This document shows positions 17,912-27,789 of a stretch of 32,000 nt of DNA, piece by piece; positions within the stretch are counted from its first letter, which is position 1; each line of letters begins with the position of its first letter. The translations under genes were made by a program, and so were the position numbers. The DNA lies in the NCBI GenBank assembly GCA_003144275.1, contig NJBF01000034.1, positions 17,060 to 49,059 of the forward strand, written 5' to 3'. A model generated the notes under the pieces. That model was not told the origin of the DNA. It made no database searches and saw nothing but the letters and a program-made list of their open reading frames with translations. The stretch comes from Candidatus Heimdallarchaeota archaeon B3_Heim (GTDB taxonomy: Archaea; Asgardarchaeota; Heimdallarchaeia; Hodarchaeales; Hodarchaeaceae).

Positions 17912-19219
17912 TTACTTGTTAGAGTTGTGTTTTCGTCGAAGGAATAAAATAACAGGAAAGACTATCAAAAAATTGAAGGTAGATGTCTTTGTTGTTGAGG
18001 AAATTCTGGTGGAACTGGTTGTAGTAAATTTTGTATTAGTGACAGTGGTGTTTTGAATGGTGGTTGTTGTTGAAGAATCAGTTGTAGTATCTGTGGAAAT
18101 TTCAGTAGTACTAGTAGTTTTATGTACGAGGTATTCTTCTGAAAAATGATAGAAAGTTGATGGATTATTGTAGTTATTCCACTCGATAGCGATTTGTTCT
18201 GCAGTTAAAGGAACACTCGAAACTCGAACTTCGTCAATTAAGCCATCCACGACTGTTTCTTGCCAACTTGAATGAGTATAATCACCCTCACGTCCTATAA
18301 AGAATTTTCCGTACTCACACCTGACAATACCCGAATGAGAGGATGAACCTTCAAGTACCCCATCTATAAATAACTTATTTGTATTATTGTCATACGTATG
18401 TACCAGATAATGCCAAGAACCGTCATTAATTACAGATTCACTTACTGTATTTACTCCTAGAGCACTCAGGTTATAATTTCTGGCTAGAACACTATTATTA
18501 TCCCAGTTCAACATTAATCTTTGAGCCACTCCAGTTAGAGAATGCGGGAGGGTAGTAAATGTTTGATCCACATCAGTATCTTCAATTTTAATCCAACAAG
18601 AGACAGTAAAGGAAGTATTTATCTGAAAATTTGTATTTGTGAATAGAAAATCATTACCATAACCATCAAATTCCTGTGCTGACGCAAATTTTCCACTAAT
18701 GTTTTCCAAAACCGAACCAACTTTCGTTAAATCATTAGATTTAGCTGAATCGTTTAAAATTGAAAGATGGTACACCGCAGCATATTCATTCCATACCGTT
18801 TCTTCGTGTTCCGAATTCACTGCACTGGGGTTTCCATAATAAACTCTAAAGCTAGTATCAACCGATGATGAAAGAAAGGGAATTTGTACCCAAGCACTTA
18901 ATTCTCCTGTTGATTTATTAAAACGTTCTACTTCATGATTGTATTGAATAGTGTTCTCAGAATTCCAAAAAGTTATATCATCACCATCATATTGACAATT
19001 AAATAAGTCTGAATCAACAATGGAGATAAATAAAGGAAAATTTACCATATCTATAGTGACTTGGGTATTGTTGATGGTAATTATCTTATAGTTATCAAAC
19101 TCAGTGATGCCAGTTGATTTAGCAAGTAGAGGGGGAAAATTCACAAACCAGAAAACACAGATTAGAATGAAGAGAATTGAAAACATTTTCATAGAGAAAC
19201 CTCTAGAATCTGTCTTCAT
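17912..19219 (-). CDS. Secreted, membrane-anchored DUF2341 + LamG-like domain protein
   Basis: Signal peptide; DGDDITF...HEVERF...WVQIP...YYGNP (DUF2341-like); SCWIK, WHYLV, LFIDG, IDEVRVS (LamG-like); Thr/Ser linker; hydrophobic tail ending RRK. The start may be about 27 nt downstream. Confidence 0.78.
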   Translation of the reverse strand: MKTDSRGFSMKMFSILFILICVFWFVNFPPLLAKSTGITEFDNYKIITINNTQVTIDMVNFPLFISIVDSDLFNCQYDGDDITFWNSENTIQYNHEVERFNKSTGELSAWVQIPFLSSSVDTSFRVYYGNPSAVNSEHEETVWNEYAAVYHLSILNDSAKSNDLTKVGSVLENISGKFASAQEFDGYGNDFLFTNTNFQINTSFTVSCWIKIEDTDVDQTFTTLPHSLTGVAQRLMLNWDNNSVLARNYNLSALGVNTVSESVINDGSWHYLVHTYDNNTNKLFIDGVLEGSSSHSGIVRCEYGKFFIGREGDYTHSSWQETVVDGLIDEVRVSSVPLTAEQIAIEWNNYNNPSTFYHFSEEYLVHKTTSTTEISTDTTTDSSTTTTIQNTTVTNTKFTTTSSTRISSTTKTSTFNFLIVFPVILFLRRKHNSNK

Positions 19220-19340
19220 TGTATCATTTAAAAAAATAACTCAAATCTATTATTTCATTAAGGGTGACATTAAAAAAGTTCTTTTTCTATTCTCTTGAGT
19301 TCTGTGTTTAATCATAAGAATTGTATTTGATACACAACTA

Positions 19341-19931
19341 TCAGAATTTTCCTTGGAATTCTTCTAGCAGCGATTCAGCTTTTTTAGCATCAGTTTGGTT
19401 ATTGGGATGCTCTTCACTCACACGTTTTACACTTTTATCTTGCTCTAATGAATTTGTTTGACCTTCAAGATTAGCTAGAATTTCTAGTATATCAAGCATT
19501 CCTTCACCAGTTTTCGCACTACTTTTTATGAAAAAATTTTCTTCATTAAGATGGGTGGGTGGGGTTTCAATCAAATCTATCTTATTGGTTATCAATGTCG
19601 TAGTTTCAAGTAAATCAGGGTTGAGTTCAGCGTTTTCATTTAAAAAATCGTGAAATTCCAAATAATCACTTTTATTGGTTATATCAATAACAAAAAATAT
19701 TTTTACTGGTTTTTGGTCCAAGGCAACTTTCCAATACTCTTTTAAACTCGCCTGGCCCCCAATTTCGATTACTCTTACCTTCGCTATAATTTCTTGAGAA
19801 AAACCTAAAGTTGGATCTTGATCATGAAATTTTCCCGTAACTAATCTTCTTAAAATACTTGTTTTACCAGCAGCACTTGGGCCAATGAATAAAACAAATC
19901 CTTTAATCATACGTAAGAAATCAGACAGCAT
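19341..19931 (-). CDS. Arf/Sar-like small GTPase
   Basis: G1 GPSAAGKT, G2 PTLGF, G3 EIGGQ, G4 NKID, G5 SAK. ATG at 19931 is preceded by GGAGG; 19910 is an alternative start. Confidence 0.85.
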   Translation of the reverse strand: MLSDFLRMIKGFVLFIGPSAAGKTSILRRLVTGKFHDQDPTLGFSQEIIAKVRVIEIGGQASLKEYWKVALDQKPVKIFFVIDITNKSDYLEFHDFLNENAELNPDLLETTTLITNKIDLIETPPTHLNEENFFIKSSAKTGEGMLDILEILANLEGQTNSLEQDKSVKRVSEEHPNNQTDAKKAESLLEEFQGKF

Positions 19932-21102
19932 ATTGCTTCCTCCAATTCGACTCAAAGACGTTCAATGATGTTTTCGTAAACTGTGGGGAGATATTGTAGT
20001 AAGGGAGGGTATTTGGAATCGAGGGAACGACTAAACAACCATGATGTTCAAATATTATGAAATCACGTGCCGTATAATCTCTATTAATGACGTCTTCAAT
20101 TGGTTGATACAGTATTTGTTTAGATTTCAGCTTTTCTAGAATGGAGGGTTTTTCATGTGATAAGATAAATAATTTGTGCTTCTGCTCTCGTATACCTTTT
20201 TTTTTCGTTGTTCCAAACTCAGTACTTTGAGTCAAAAGTTCCAATATTGAAGGGCCTATCTTCCTCTGATAAATTGCATTATCTATAATTCTGATAGTCG
20301 AATAGTTCTTCAAACATGTATCTATTTTCTTTTTAACATCAGAGGGGTATTTTAGAAGTTTATGGGGAGTTATTGCATTATATTCTTCAGATAACAAAGA
20401 CTGTAATGAGTTTAAAAGGTTCGTATAGTGCGTATTAAGAGATTCGAGATAAGCTAAACGATATTTGGCGAATAAGTCTAAAGGAAGACGTGGTTGTATA
20501 TACATCTCTACTTTTCTTTGTTTTCCATGAAGAATATGGAAAAAATCACTCAGATTCAGAAGAATTGAATCATAATCTTTGTACGAATATTCGCTGATCT
20601 TTTCGTTGGGGTTGAGTTGCTTGTATAACTCATCTCTTTTGAGCATTTGATGAATATATACGTATGCAATCATATTCGATAGTGTCCATTGATTTGGGAA
20701 CAATACCTGAATTGCTTGAAAGAAAGTATCTTTAATCTTAGATTTGTTTTCAAGTTCAACAGCTTTTAAGAGAAAGTTCACAGCTATACGTTGCGATCCT
20801 ATCCGTTTATTCAGTCGGATTTCCAAAAGGTCAATACTAAGAAGTAAAACTAGTACCATCGGCATAAGTTCAGTGTTTTTTCTGATTAAACCTTTTTGGA
20901 CTAATTCTTCAACTCTTACGCTTACCGTTGGTTGAGCAATGGCTAGATTATCGTTCAAAACATTTAAAGTTGTATATCCTCCGAGTTTGAACATTAATGC
21001 TAGGATCCTAGCATGTTGTTCGCTAACTTCATTACCTAATATATCCATAAAAAATGGCTCGTAACCAGCTGTGCCTTTTAATGAAGTTGAAAGGTCAACC
21101 AT
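19921..21102 (-). CDS. TrmB-like winged-helix regulator with extra domains
   Basis: N-terminal wHTH (ARILALM...AIAQPTVSVRVEELVQKGLIRK). The C-terminal RDFIIFEHHGCLV...VFESNW resembles the TrmB/PLD-like effector domain (inference). Confidence 0.6.
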   Translation of the reverse strand: MVDLSTSLKGTAGYEPFFMDILGNEVSEQHARILALMFKLGGYTTLNVLNDNLAIAQPTVSVRVEELVQKGLIRKNTELMPMVLVLLLSIDLLEIRLNKRIGSQRIAVNFLLKAVELENKSKIKDTFFQAIQVLFPNQWTLSNMIAYVYIHQMLKRDELYKQLNPNEKISEYSYKDYDSILLNLSDFFHILHGKQRKVEMYIQPRLPLDLFAKYRLAYLESLNTHYTNLLNSLQSLLSEEYNAITPHKLLKYPSDVKKKIDTCLKNYSTIRIIDNAIYQRKIGPSILELLTQSTEFGTTKKKGIREQKHKLFILSHEKPSILEKLKSKQILYQPIEDVINRDYTARDFIIFEHHGCLVVPSIPNTLPYYNISPQFTKTSLNVFESNWRKQYAV

Positions 21103-21587
21103 TGGATATCAGCTTGTTTTAAGAGAAAGATAGAATAAGTCATTAAATCCATTCTATTTATTTAAACTTTTTTGTTATAGTTAATTATATGAATTTAGCG
21201 ATAATATATCAGATATTTTTTTTGTCTATAAAGATCGTTACTGTGTATTTCTCTTGAGTGTTTCATATTCATGCACATAAGAATTATTTCTATATGAAAA
21301 ATATAATATTCTCTGCATTATAGCAAAATCTTGTCTAAAAAAAACTATTTTTCCGATCTGATATGAAAATATCAGAATTCCAGCTCATTTTATGAATATG
21401 ACTACGCTTAATTTAATTTCTTAAGTCTTTTATGTTATAGATAATAACCATAAACTATTTATAACATGTGAGTTTAGTAAGAATTACATCGTTAAATCAA
21501 CTACTCCAATAAGAATTTGCCACTTTTGGCTTGAAAATCAGGAGAAATGTGTTTCATGAATCAAAAGGGAAATGAGGAATTATCATT

Positions 21588-22013
21588 ATGTTAATACATG
21601 GTCCAGATTCCAAATTAGATCTCAAAAATGCTCTTTCGTCAAGCACTAGGAATAATTTTATCTCAGGACTGAAAGGACGAATGGTCCTTACTCTAATCGA
21701 ACTTGCTAACCTGTACCCCTATGAAACTAACCACACGTCTTTATGCAAGATTCTAAGCATCCCACCTTCAACGTTAAGTAATCAAATTAAGAAATTGATT
21801 GAATTAGATTATTTAGAATCCTCTAATTCCCCTAAATTAATGTATGATGCTCGGTATCGGAATTATCGCATAACTATGAAAGGTATATCATTTTTACATG
21901 TGTTAAAAGAAGTTCTGGATTCCTCTGTTAGACGACTCGAAGAATTGGCCTCTATTGAATTGTTAAATGAAAGATTTGATGAAAAGCTGATTGCAATTTA
22001 TTCTAATAGGTAA
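21588..22013 (+). CDS. Winged-helix (MarR/ArsR-like) DNA-binding protein
   Basis: LCKILSIPPSTLSNQIKKLIELDYL...RNYRITMKG is an HTH-plus-wing pattern. Confidence 0.8.
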   Translation: MLIHGPDSKLDLKNALSSSTRNNFISGLKGRMVLTLIELANLYPYETNHTSLCKILSIPPSTLSNQIKKLIELDYLESSNSPKLMYDARYRNYRITMKGISFLHVLKEVLDSSVRRLEELASIELLNERFDEKLIAIYSNR

Positions 22014-22206
22014 TTAATTTACAAAGCAAACCTTGATCTTATCCCTGATGTTTGAGCAGAATAATTCGCAGGGAAGAAATTTTAAGAACAATTATGAATA
22101 ATAGGATTAAATTGATTATCAGCAAGTTCATGAACTTAAGATCATTTACTTCGAATTTTATTCTTGTTCAAGTACGGATGAATAGATTAAGGTTTGAGGG
22201 AAGGTT

Positions 22207-24480
22207 ATGAGAAAAGAAATTGCATTAGTTTCAATTTTTTTCCTTCTGAATTTGTTTCTCAACGGTTTTTTAATTTCTAAATCCATTTACAACTCAGAAT
22301 GCCGAATATCTCTAAATGAATTTTCTAATGCTGAATTAGACAGTAAAATAACTTTTTCTCAATCTGGTACTTGGAAAAATTCCTTTAACAATGTATCAAT
22401 ATTGGATCTACTTTCTACCAATAGAAATATAACACCTCCCAATCAAAAAGTGTCATTCACTAATGCAGATCCAATCTATATTGATGACAACTCCGATTTT
22501 GGCCCTTCAGAATATAATTTTCCTGGTAATGGAACTGCAAAAAATCCATATCTAATCGAAGGATTAAACATTTCTCACTCCAGCGGAACCGCAATATATA
22601 TCCAAGGTACTACTGAATTCTTTAAAGTCAGAAATAATAATTTAAATGGGTTAAACAGTGCCTCAATTGGAATTCACCTTCAAAGCGTTTGGAATGGGTT
22701 TGTTGAGAATAATTTAGTGAAGAATTATTATGAGAATTCAATCAAAATTGGCCAATCGGTAAATAATACGATTAGTAGAAATATCATTGAAGATAATGAA
22801 GCAATATCTCCATTTCATACAAGTGAAATATGGTTTGTAGAATCTAGTATGAATATTTTTGAAGATAATATCATATCTAATAATCATTTTATGAATACTG
22901 TTTCTATTACTTCATCTTCTCACAATAATTTGCTTAGAAGTAACATTTTTCTACTTAATGGCAATGGGATCTCAATAAGCCATTCAAATGATAATATACT
23001 TTATCAAAACTTCGTTCATCGTATTTCAATTGATAACTCTGACCATAACTCGATTTATGGTAATGAAATCTTCGATAGTCTACATATCGATTCTTTATCG
23101 AAGGATAATTGCGTTAAAATAAACAATTTCGTGGACAATAGTAATGCTAATGATGAAGGATCTAATAATACTTTTTCTTATAACTACTGGAGCAATCACC
23201 ATGCAACAGATGATAATCCTTCAGATGGAATCCTAGATGTCCCCTACTCAATTGGAGGATTATCATTTAATGAAGATCCTTATCCAATAGCTTCTAAAAT
23301 TATTGATTATTTAACTCCCCCTGTAATAATCTCTCCAAATACTGGAGATCAAATTTCCACATATTTTACAGTAGAATGGGAGACTTCATTGGATTTTCTT
23401 AATAGAGACATAACTTACTCGTTATACTATTCGAATGATTCTGGTTTATCTTGGCATCAACTTTCATCCTATCAAGAATCATTATGGTTTGTTTGGAATA
23501 CAACATCGTTAACAAATGGCCAATATCAAATCCAAGTTATAGCTAACTCTACAGCATATAACACTGCTAATGTTTCTTCAAATGGAACATTTACTGTTCT
23601 AAACCATTTCCTTAGCCCAATAATTATTAATTTTCCTAATGATGGGGATGAATTAAACGGAAAAGTTAATTTGAAATGGACAGGAGGCGAGGATACTCTC
23701 AATCACCAAGTGAGCTATTCCGTCTATCTATCTACAAATAATGGCCAAAATTGGACTCTAATTAGAACAGGACTTCAAGTAAATCAATGCATATTCGACA
23801 CTTCGAAGTATAAAAATGAGACAAGATGTATAATAATGGTACAAGCAATATGTATCGAAGGTCGATCGATAACAGGTTTGTCTAATGGTACTTTCATTAT
23901 TGGAAATTTAATTTCAGATTTTGTAGAATTGCTGTATCTCCTTGTTTTTTTCTTATTCATTGGAATAGTTGTAGCCTTAGGCATTCAACAGGGAAAAGGG
24001 CTTCTTAACCAGAATAGTCGTATGAAAGCTGGAGTTTGTTTAAGTACATTTACTGATAAGGGATTTGTGATCCAATGGAAGAGTAAAAATTGTCCTTTCA
24101 ATACACAAACACTTAGCTCTATGATAGAATATACGGCAGTGATGTATCAAAAGGGTGAGTATGATAATCTTTTCGGACCTTTTCCTCAAATGGCACTAAT
24201 AAGATCTAAGGAATCAGAATGGCTTTTCGTCTCTTTTGGTATTCAGGCACAGGATGAATCTGTTGAAGATCCTAGAATAGTTAAAAAAGGAGGATTAATC
24301 CCTATAATTTTGTTAATTTTTTATCCAAAAAGGTTTGATTCGAAACTCCAGAACCAAAAGAAGGAGCTTCTTGAATACTTAAAGGGAGAATTCTCGTTAG
24401 TTTCCAATAAAGTCGATATAAATACTCGATATATGAAAGATATTGAGAATAATATCCTAAACCTATTTAATTCAAGATAA
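22207..24480 (+). CDS. Single-pass receptor-like protein: NosD/CASH beta-helix, two FN3/Ig-like repeats, TM, cytoplasmic domain
   Basis: Signal peptide; GTAKNPYLIEG; Asn-rich parallel beta-helix repeats; NYW...D..P motif; two SPxIxxPxxG...W...YS.DxG.xW repeats; TM at about 23920-23985; roughly 160-aa cytoplasmic tail. Confidence 0.8.
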   Translation: MRKEIALVSIFFLLNLFLNGFLISKSIYNSECRISLNEFSNAELDSKITFSQSGTWKNSFNNVSILDLLSTNRNITPPNQKVSFTNADPIYIDDNSDFGPSEYNFPGNGTAKNPYLIEGLNISHSSGTAIYIQGTTEFFKVRNNNLNGLNSASIGIHLQSVWNGFVENNLVKNYYENSIKIGQSVNNTISRNIIEDNEAISPFHTSEIWFVESSMNIFEDNIISNNHFMNTVSITSSSHNNLLRSNIFLLNGNGISISHSNDNILYQNFVHRISIDNSDHNSIYGNEIFDSLHIDSLSKDNCVKINNFVDNSNANDEGSNNTFSYNYWSNHHATDDNPSDGILDVPYSIGGLSFNEDPYPIASKIIDYLTPPVIISPNTGDQISTYFTVEWETSLDFLNRDITYSLYYSNDSGLSWHQLSSYQESLWFVWNTTSLTNGQYQIQVIANSTAYNTANVSSNGTFTVLNHFLSPIIINFPNDGDELNGKVNLKWTGGEDTLNHQVSYSVYLSTNNGQNWTLIRTGLQVNQCIFDTSKYKNETRCIIMVQAICIEGRSITGLSNGTFIIGNLISDFVELLYLLVFFLFIGIVVALGIQQGKGLLNQNSRMKAGVCLSTFTDKGFVIQWKSKNCPFNTQTLSSMIEYTAVMYQKGEYDNLFGPFPQMALIRSKESEWLFVSFGIQAQDESVEDPRIVKKGGLIPIILLIFYPKRFDSKLQNQKKELLEYLKGEFSLVSNKVDINTRYMKDIENNILNLFNSR

Positions 24481-24709
24481 CGATTTCTATTGGTTATATA
24501 TTAAGTAAAAACTGATACGAAGCAAATTCGATCCTGATTTCATTCTCTCACAACATATCGGCTGTAAAAAACCTTTAAGAGATTACAATTCCTAGATACA
24601 TATTTGTACTGAACTGAAGATATCAATCTTCCTGTCATAATGAGAAAATCAATGAGAATTACTCATTATGAAATATTGTATTATATTATGCTGATTGTGG
24701 AATATAACG

Positions 24710-27421
24710 ATGAGAAGAATAATTTGCTTCCCAGTGATCGCCATTCTCTCCATATTTTTCTTTCAGTCTCTTTCTTGTATCTTAATGGATATAGAACCAT
24801 CATTAAAGAACCAGCAATCTTTAGTCATTTTGAATTATGAAAATCCTCAAGAACAATTTTTTGAGTATGTAAATCATTCTTCTATTTGTATTCAAGGGAA
24901 TTATGAACTAGAGCTCTACGCTTCTCTGGAAAATTGGGAGGGGGATGGTAGTGAGCAAAATCCATTCGTTATTAGTGGATATGAGATTAATGGTTCGAAA
25001 ACAGATGGCTCTAGCACTTCACAGCCATTATTATATATGAATAAAACCGATTACCATTGCTTAGTTATCAACAATCTCTTTGTAGACGCAAATGGATCGA
25101 TAATTCATTTAGAGACTGTCACAAATATTAAAATAATTGATAACACAATTTCGAACGGTAATGACAATGGAATTATTGTAAACAATTCACATAACATCAT
25201 CATTTCTGGTAATAATATTTCCCAGAATGCTGGAAATGGAATTCTTCATTTCTTCAGTAATAATTCTTTAATCACCAACAATTCTATTTTCTGGAATAAG
25301 GGAAATGGTACCATTCTAATTGAATCACAAAATGTAACCACTTACAATAATTCAATCTTCAGTAATAATGGGAATGGTATTACTCCAGTATCATCTAAGG
25401 AACTGATAATATCTAAGAATTCAATCTATGCAAATAATGTCAGTGGAATTCGACTGGAAAAGTCGGATGAAACCCTCATACACGAAAATATCGTTCATAA
25501 TACAAATAATTATGAGGGTATTGTTTTATATTCATCTGAAAATAATTCTATTTCAGAGAATGTCGTTTATAACAATAGTCGTATCGGAATTGCTCTTTTT
25601 GACTCAAATAAAAATGAAATTGTGAATAATATCGTTTTTAATAATAACAGATTTGGAATTTTAATCGAATATAGCAATAACAATACTATCTCATATAATG
25701 TTGTCTATAGGACAAATTATTTAGACGGAATTCAATTATACTTCTCTGAAAATAATAATGTCTCTTATAACAAGGTCTATGAGAATATGAATGCTGGGAT
25801 ATTACTTTATTCCGCAACTAAAAATTTGATAGCAAATAATACGGTCTATAGGAATAATGGATCAGGCATCATATTTCATATCTCAACTAGAAATGATATA
25901 TTCAACAATGTATTCTATAGAAACGATATCGGAATGATTCTTTGGTCCTTTAGTAATCTAAATAGAATATACAACAATGTCTTCTACGATCCAGATAGAG
26001 ATGAAATATCGTTAAATTCAAATGTTTCTGACAACAATATATCCCAGAACGATTTTCACAATAGTTTTAACGGGGGTGAAATTAGCGATCATGGAGAAAG
26101 GAACATTTTTTCTTTCAATTACATAAGTAATTGGACAAGTCCAGATGCTAATGCTAATGGTATTGTTGATATTCCATTTTCAATTTCAGGATCAGCTTAC
26201 AATCAGGATACATCACCTAGAGTTTCACCTCTACATCATGTCCTTATGCCGCTTATTTTGTATTCACCGATGGGAAAGGAGATATTTTCCAAAGAAATTA
26301 CTATTCGATGGGAACCATCATTTGATACTTTTAGACATGATATTGCTTATTCATTATATTATTCTAGTGATAGAGGCACTTCTTGGAATTCGATTAGTGA
26401 TCAAATAATGTCAAACACATATCTATGGAACATTAGTTCATTGATAAATGGACAAAATTATATGATTAAGGTAGTAGCTAGTTGTTCCGAAGAGTTAAAT
26501 ATCGAAACAATCTCTAATAACCCCTTTACAATCATGAATCACTTTTTGTCTCCGATAACTCTTCTATATCCTAAAGATGGAGAAAGACTGAATAGGTTTG
26601 TCAATATTCGCTGGGAATCTGTAAATGACTCATTAGGACATCAGATTACCTATGCAGTATACTTTTCTAGTAATAATGGCCTTCATTGGATTTTATTAGC
26701 CCAAGAACTATCCTCTACAAGTTATGGCTGGGATACATCTACCTTAGACGATGGATCTGAATACAAAATCATGATTCTGGCGCAATGTGCCGAGGGGGAA
26801 TCGATCTATTTTATTCTAGAAGGAAACATCATAATTCAAAATACACCAGAAAATCCAATAGGTATAATATTACTAATTCTTTTTGTATTAGGTATAGTAA
26901 TTTTTGGAATAACTAGCAAAGGCGTAAGGATATATCGTGCGAATTTGGATATTTCTGCTCAATACAATTTAGAAGATTTACGTTTAGGGATATGCGTTGG
27001 ATCCTTTTCAACAGATAACTGGAAAATTGTTGATAAAAATGAGATTTGTCCTTTTGAGAAACCACGATTACTGTCTATGATCGAATTTAGTGCTGTATCT
27101 TATAAACATGGAGAATTTGGACAAATTTATGGCCCTTTTCCTCAAATTATGACACCAGATTCTCAAGAAAGGCAATGGCAAGTCATTTCATTTAGTTTTC
27201 ATTTAAAAAGCGATTCTTACCCAGATTCCGAAAAAAATTTGAATGTAGAAAATCATCAAGTACTGCTCTTGATATATTATGAAAAACAATTTGAAATTCT
27301 AATTAATTCAAAGAGAAAATCCCTACAGAAGTATTTAATTTCTTTACAGGATGATTTTGTATTTTCGAAAAATTTATTGGATGAAATGAAATCCAGAATT
27401 GTCGATTTACTAATTTTATAA
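24710..27421 (+). CDS. Paralogous single-pass receptor-like NosD/FN3-TM protein with longer beta-helix
   Basis: Same architecture as 22207..24480 (GDGSEQNPFVISG, many NxIxxNxxxGI repeats, two FN3-like repeats, TM, homologous tail). Likely ATG at 24710. Confidence 0.8.
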   Translation: MRRIICFPVIAILSIFFFQSLSCILMDIEPSLKNQQSLVILNYENPQEQFFEYVNHSSICIQGNYELELYASLENWEGDGSEQNPFVISGYEINGSKTDGSSTSQPLLYMNKTDYHCLVINNLFVDANGSIIHLETVTNIKIIDNTISNGNDNGIIVNNSHNIIISGNNISQNAGNGILHFFSNNSLITNNSIFWNKGNGTILIESQNVTTYNNSIFSNNGNGITPVSSKELIISKNSIYANNVSGIRLEKSDETLIHENIVHNTNNYEGIVLYSSENNSISENVVYNNSRIGIALFDSNKNEIVNNIVFNNNRFGILIEYSNNNTISYNVVYRTNYLDGIQLYFSENNNVSYNKVYENMNAGILLYSATKNLIANNTVYRNNGSGIIFHISTRNDIFNNVFYRNDIGMILWSFSNLNRIYNNVFYDPDRDEISLNSNVSDNNISQNDFHNSFNGGEISDHGERNIFSFNYISNWTSPDANANGIVDIPFSISGSAYNQDTSPRVSPLHHVLMPLILYSPMGKEIFSKEITIRWEPSFDTFRHDIAYSLYYSSDRGTSWNSISDQIMSNTYLWNISSLINGQNYMIKVVASCSEELNIETISNNPFTIMNHFLSPITLLYPKDGERLNRFVNIRWESVNDSLGHQITYAVYFSSNNGLHWILLAQELSSTSYGWDTSTLDDGSEYKIMILAQCAEGESIYFILEGNIIIQNTPENPIGIILLILFVLGIVIFGITSKGVRIYRANLDISAQYNLEDLRLGICVGSFSTDNWKIVDKNEICPFEKPRLLSMIEFSAVSYKHGEFGQIYGPFPQIMTPDSQERQWQVISFSFHLKSDSYPDSEKNLNVENHQVLLLIYYEKQFEILINSKRKSLQKYLISLQDDFVFSKNLLDEMKSRIVDLLIL

Positions 27422-27521
27422 GCAGATGACATAAAATCATACATCTAGAATTACCGTGTAATTAGTTACTAATAGCAAGCTTAATCTTTATTTATCTAAG
27501 AGTTACTGGGGAAAACTTTTT

Positions 27522-27701
27522 TTAATGTAAGAACTTCTTCAGGTCTTTTGGAGATGAAAGAAGGGATTCTAAAATTTTGAACTCTTTTCTATTTATCACC
27601 TCCGATGCTTAAGGATTTAATGGGAGGGGTCCTTTTAAGGCTTTCAGAGAGAGAGTAAGGTGAAAATGAGACTGGATATTTGTCGGACAAATTTGATCAT
27701 G
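27522..27701 (-). mobile_element. Degraded second end of the same element family as the surE insertion
   Basis: TTTGTCGGACAAATTTGATCATG (27679-27701) matches 11110-11132 at 21/23. Inward from it are a CT-rich tract, a TATA-like box and GGAGGTGAT at nearly identical spacing, then a short ORF MINRKEFKILESLL... Confidence 0.6.
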
Positions 27702-27789
27702 CTTAAATTGGATCATTTTTTAATATGAGTATCAATGTTGATTTATTTTGATTCGCGTGGGTATAACATATCCTTAGGAGAAAATAGAA

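Noticed and set aside
18000-18125. Thr-codon repeats here and at 30870-30965 as a repeat array or CRISPR
   Set aside because: These are low-complexity coding linkers with no constant repeat/spacer structure. No CRISPR array, tRNA or rRNA was seen anywhere in the window.
21103-21587. Replication origin in the AT-rich spacer
   Set aside because: No ORB-like repeats and no adjacent orc1/cdc6 gene.
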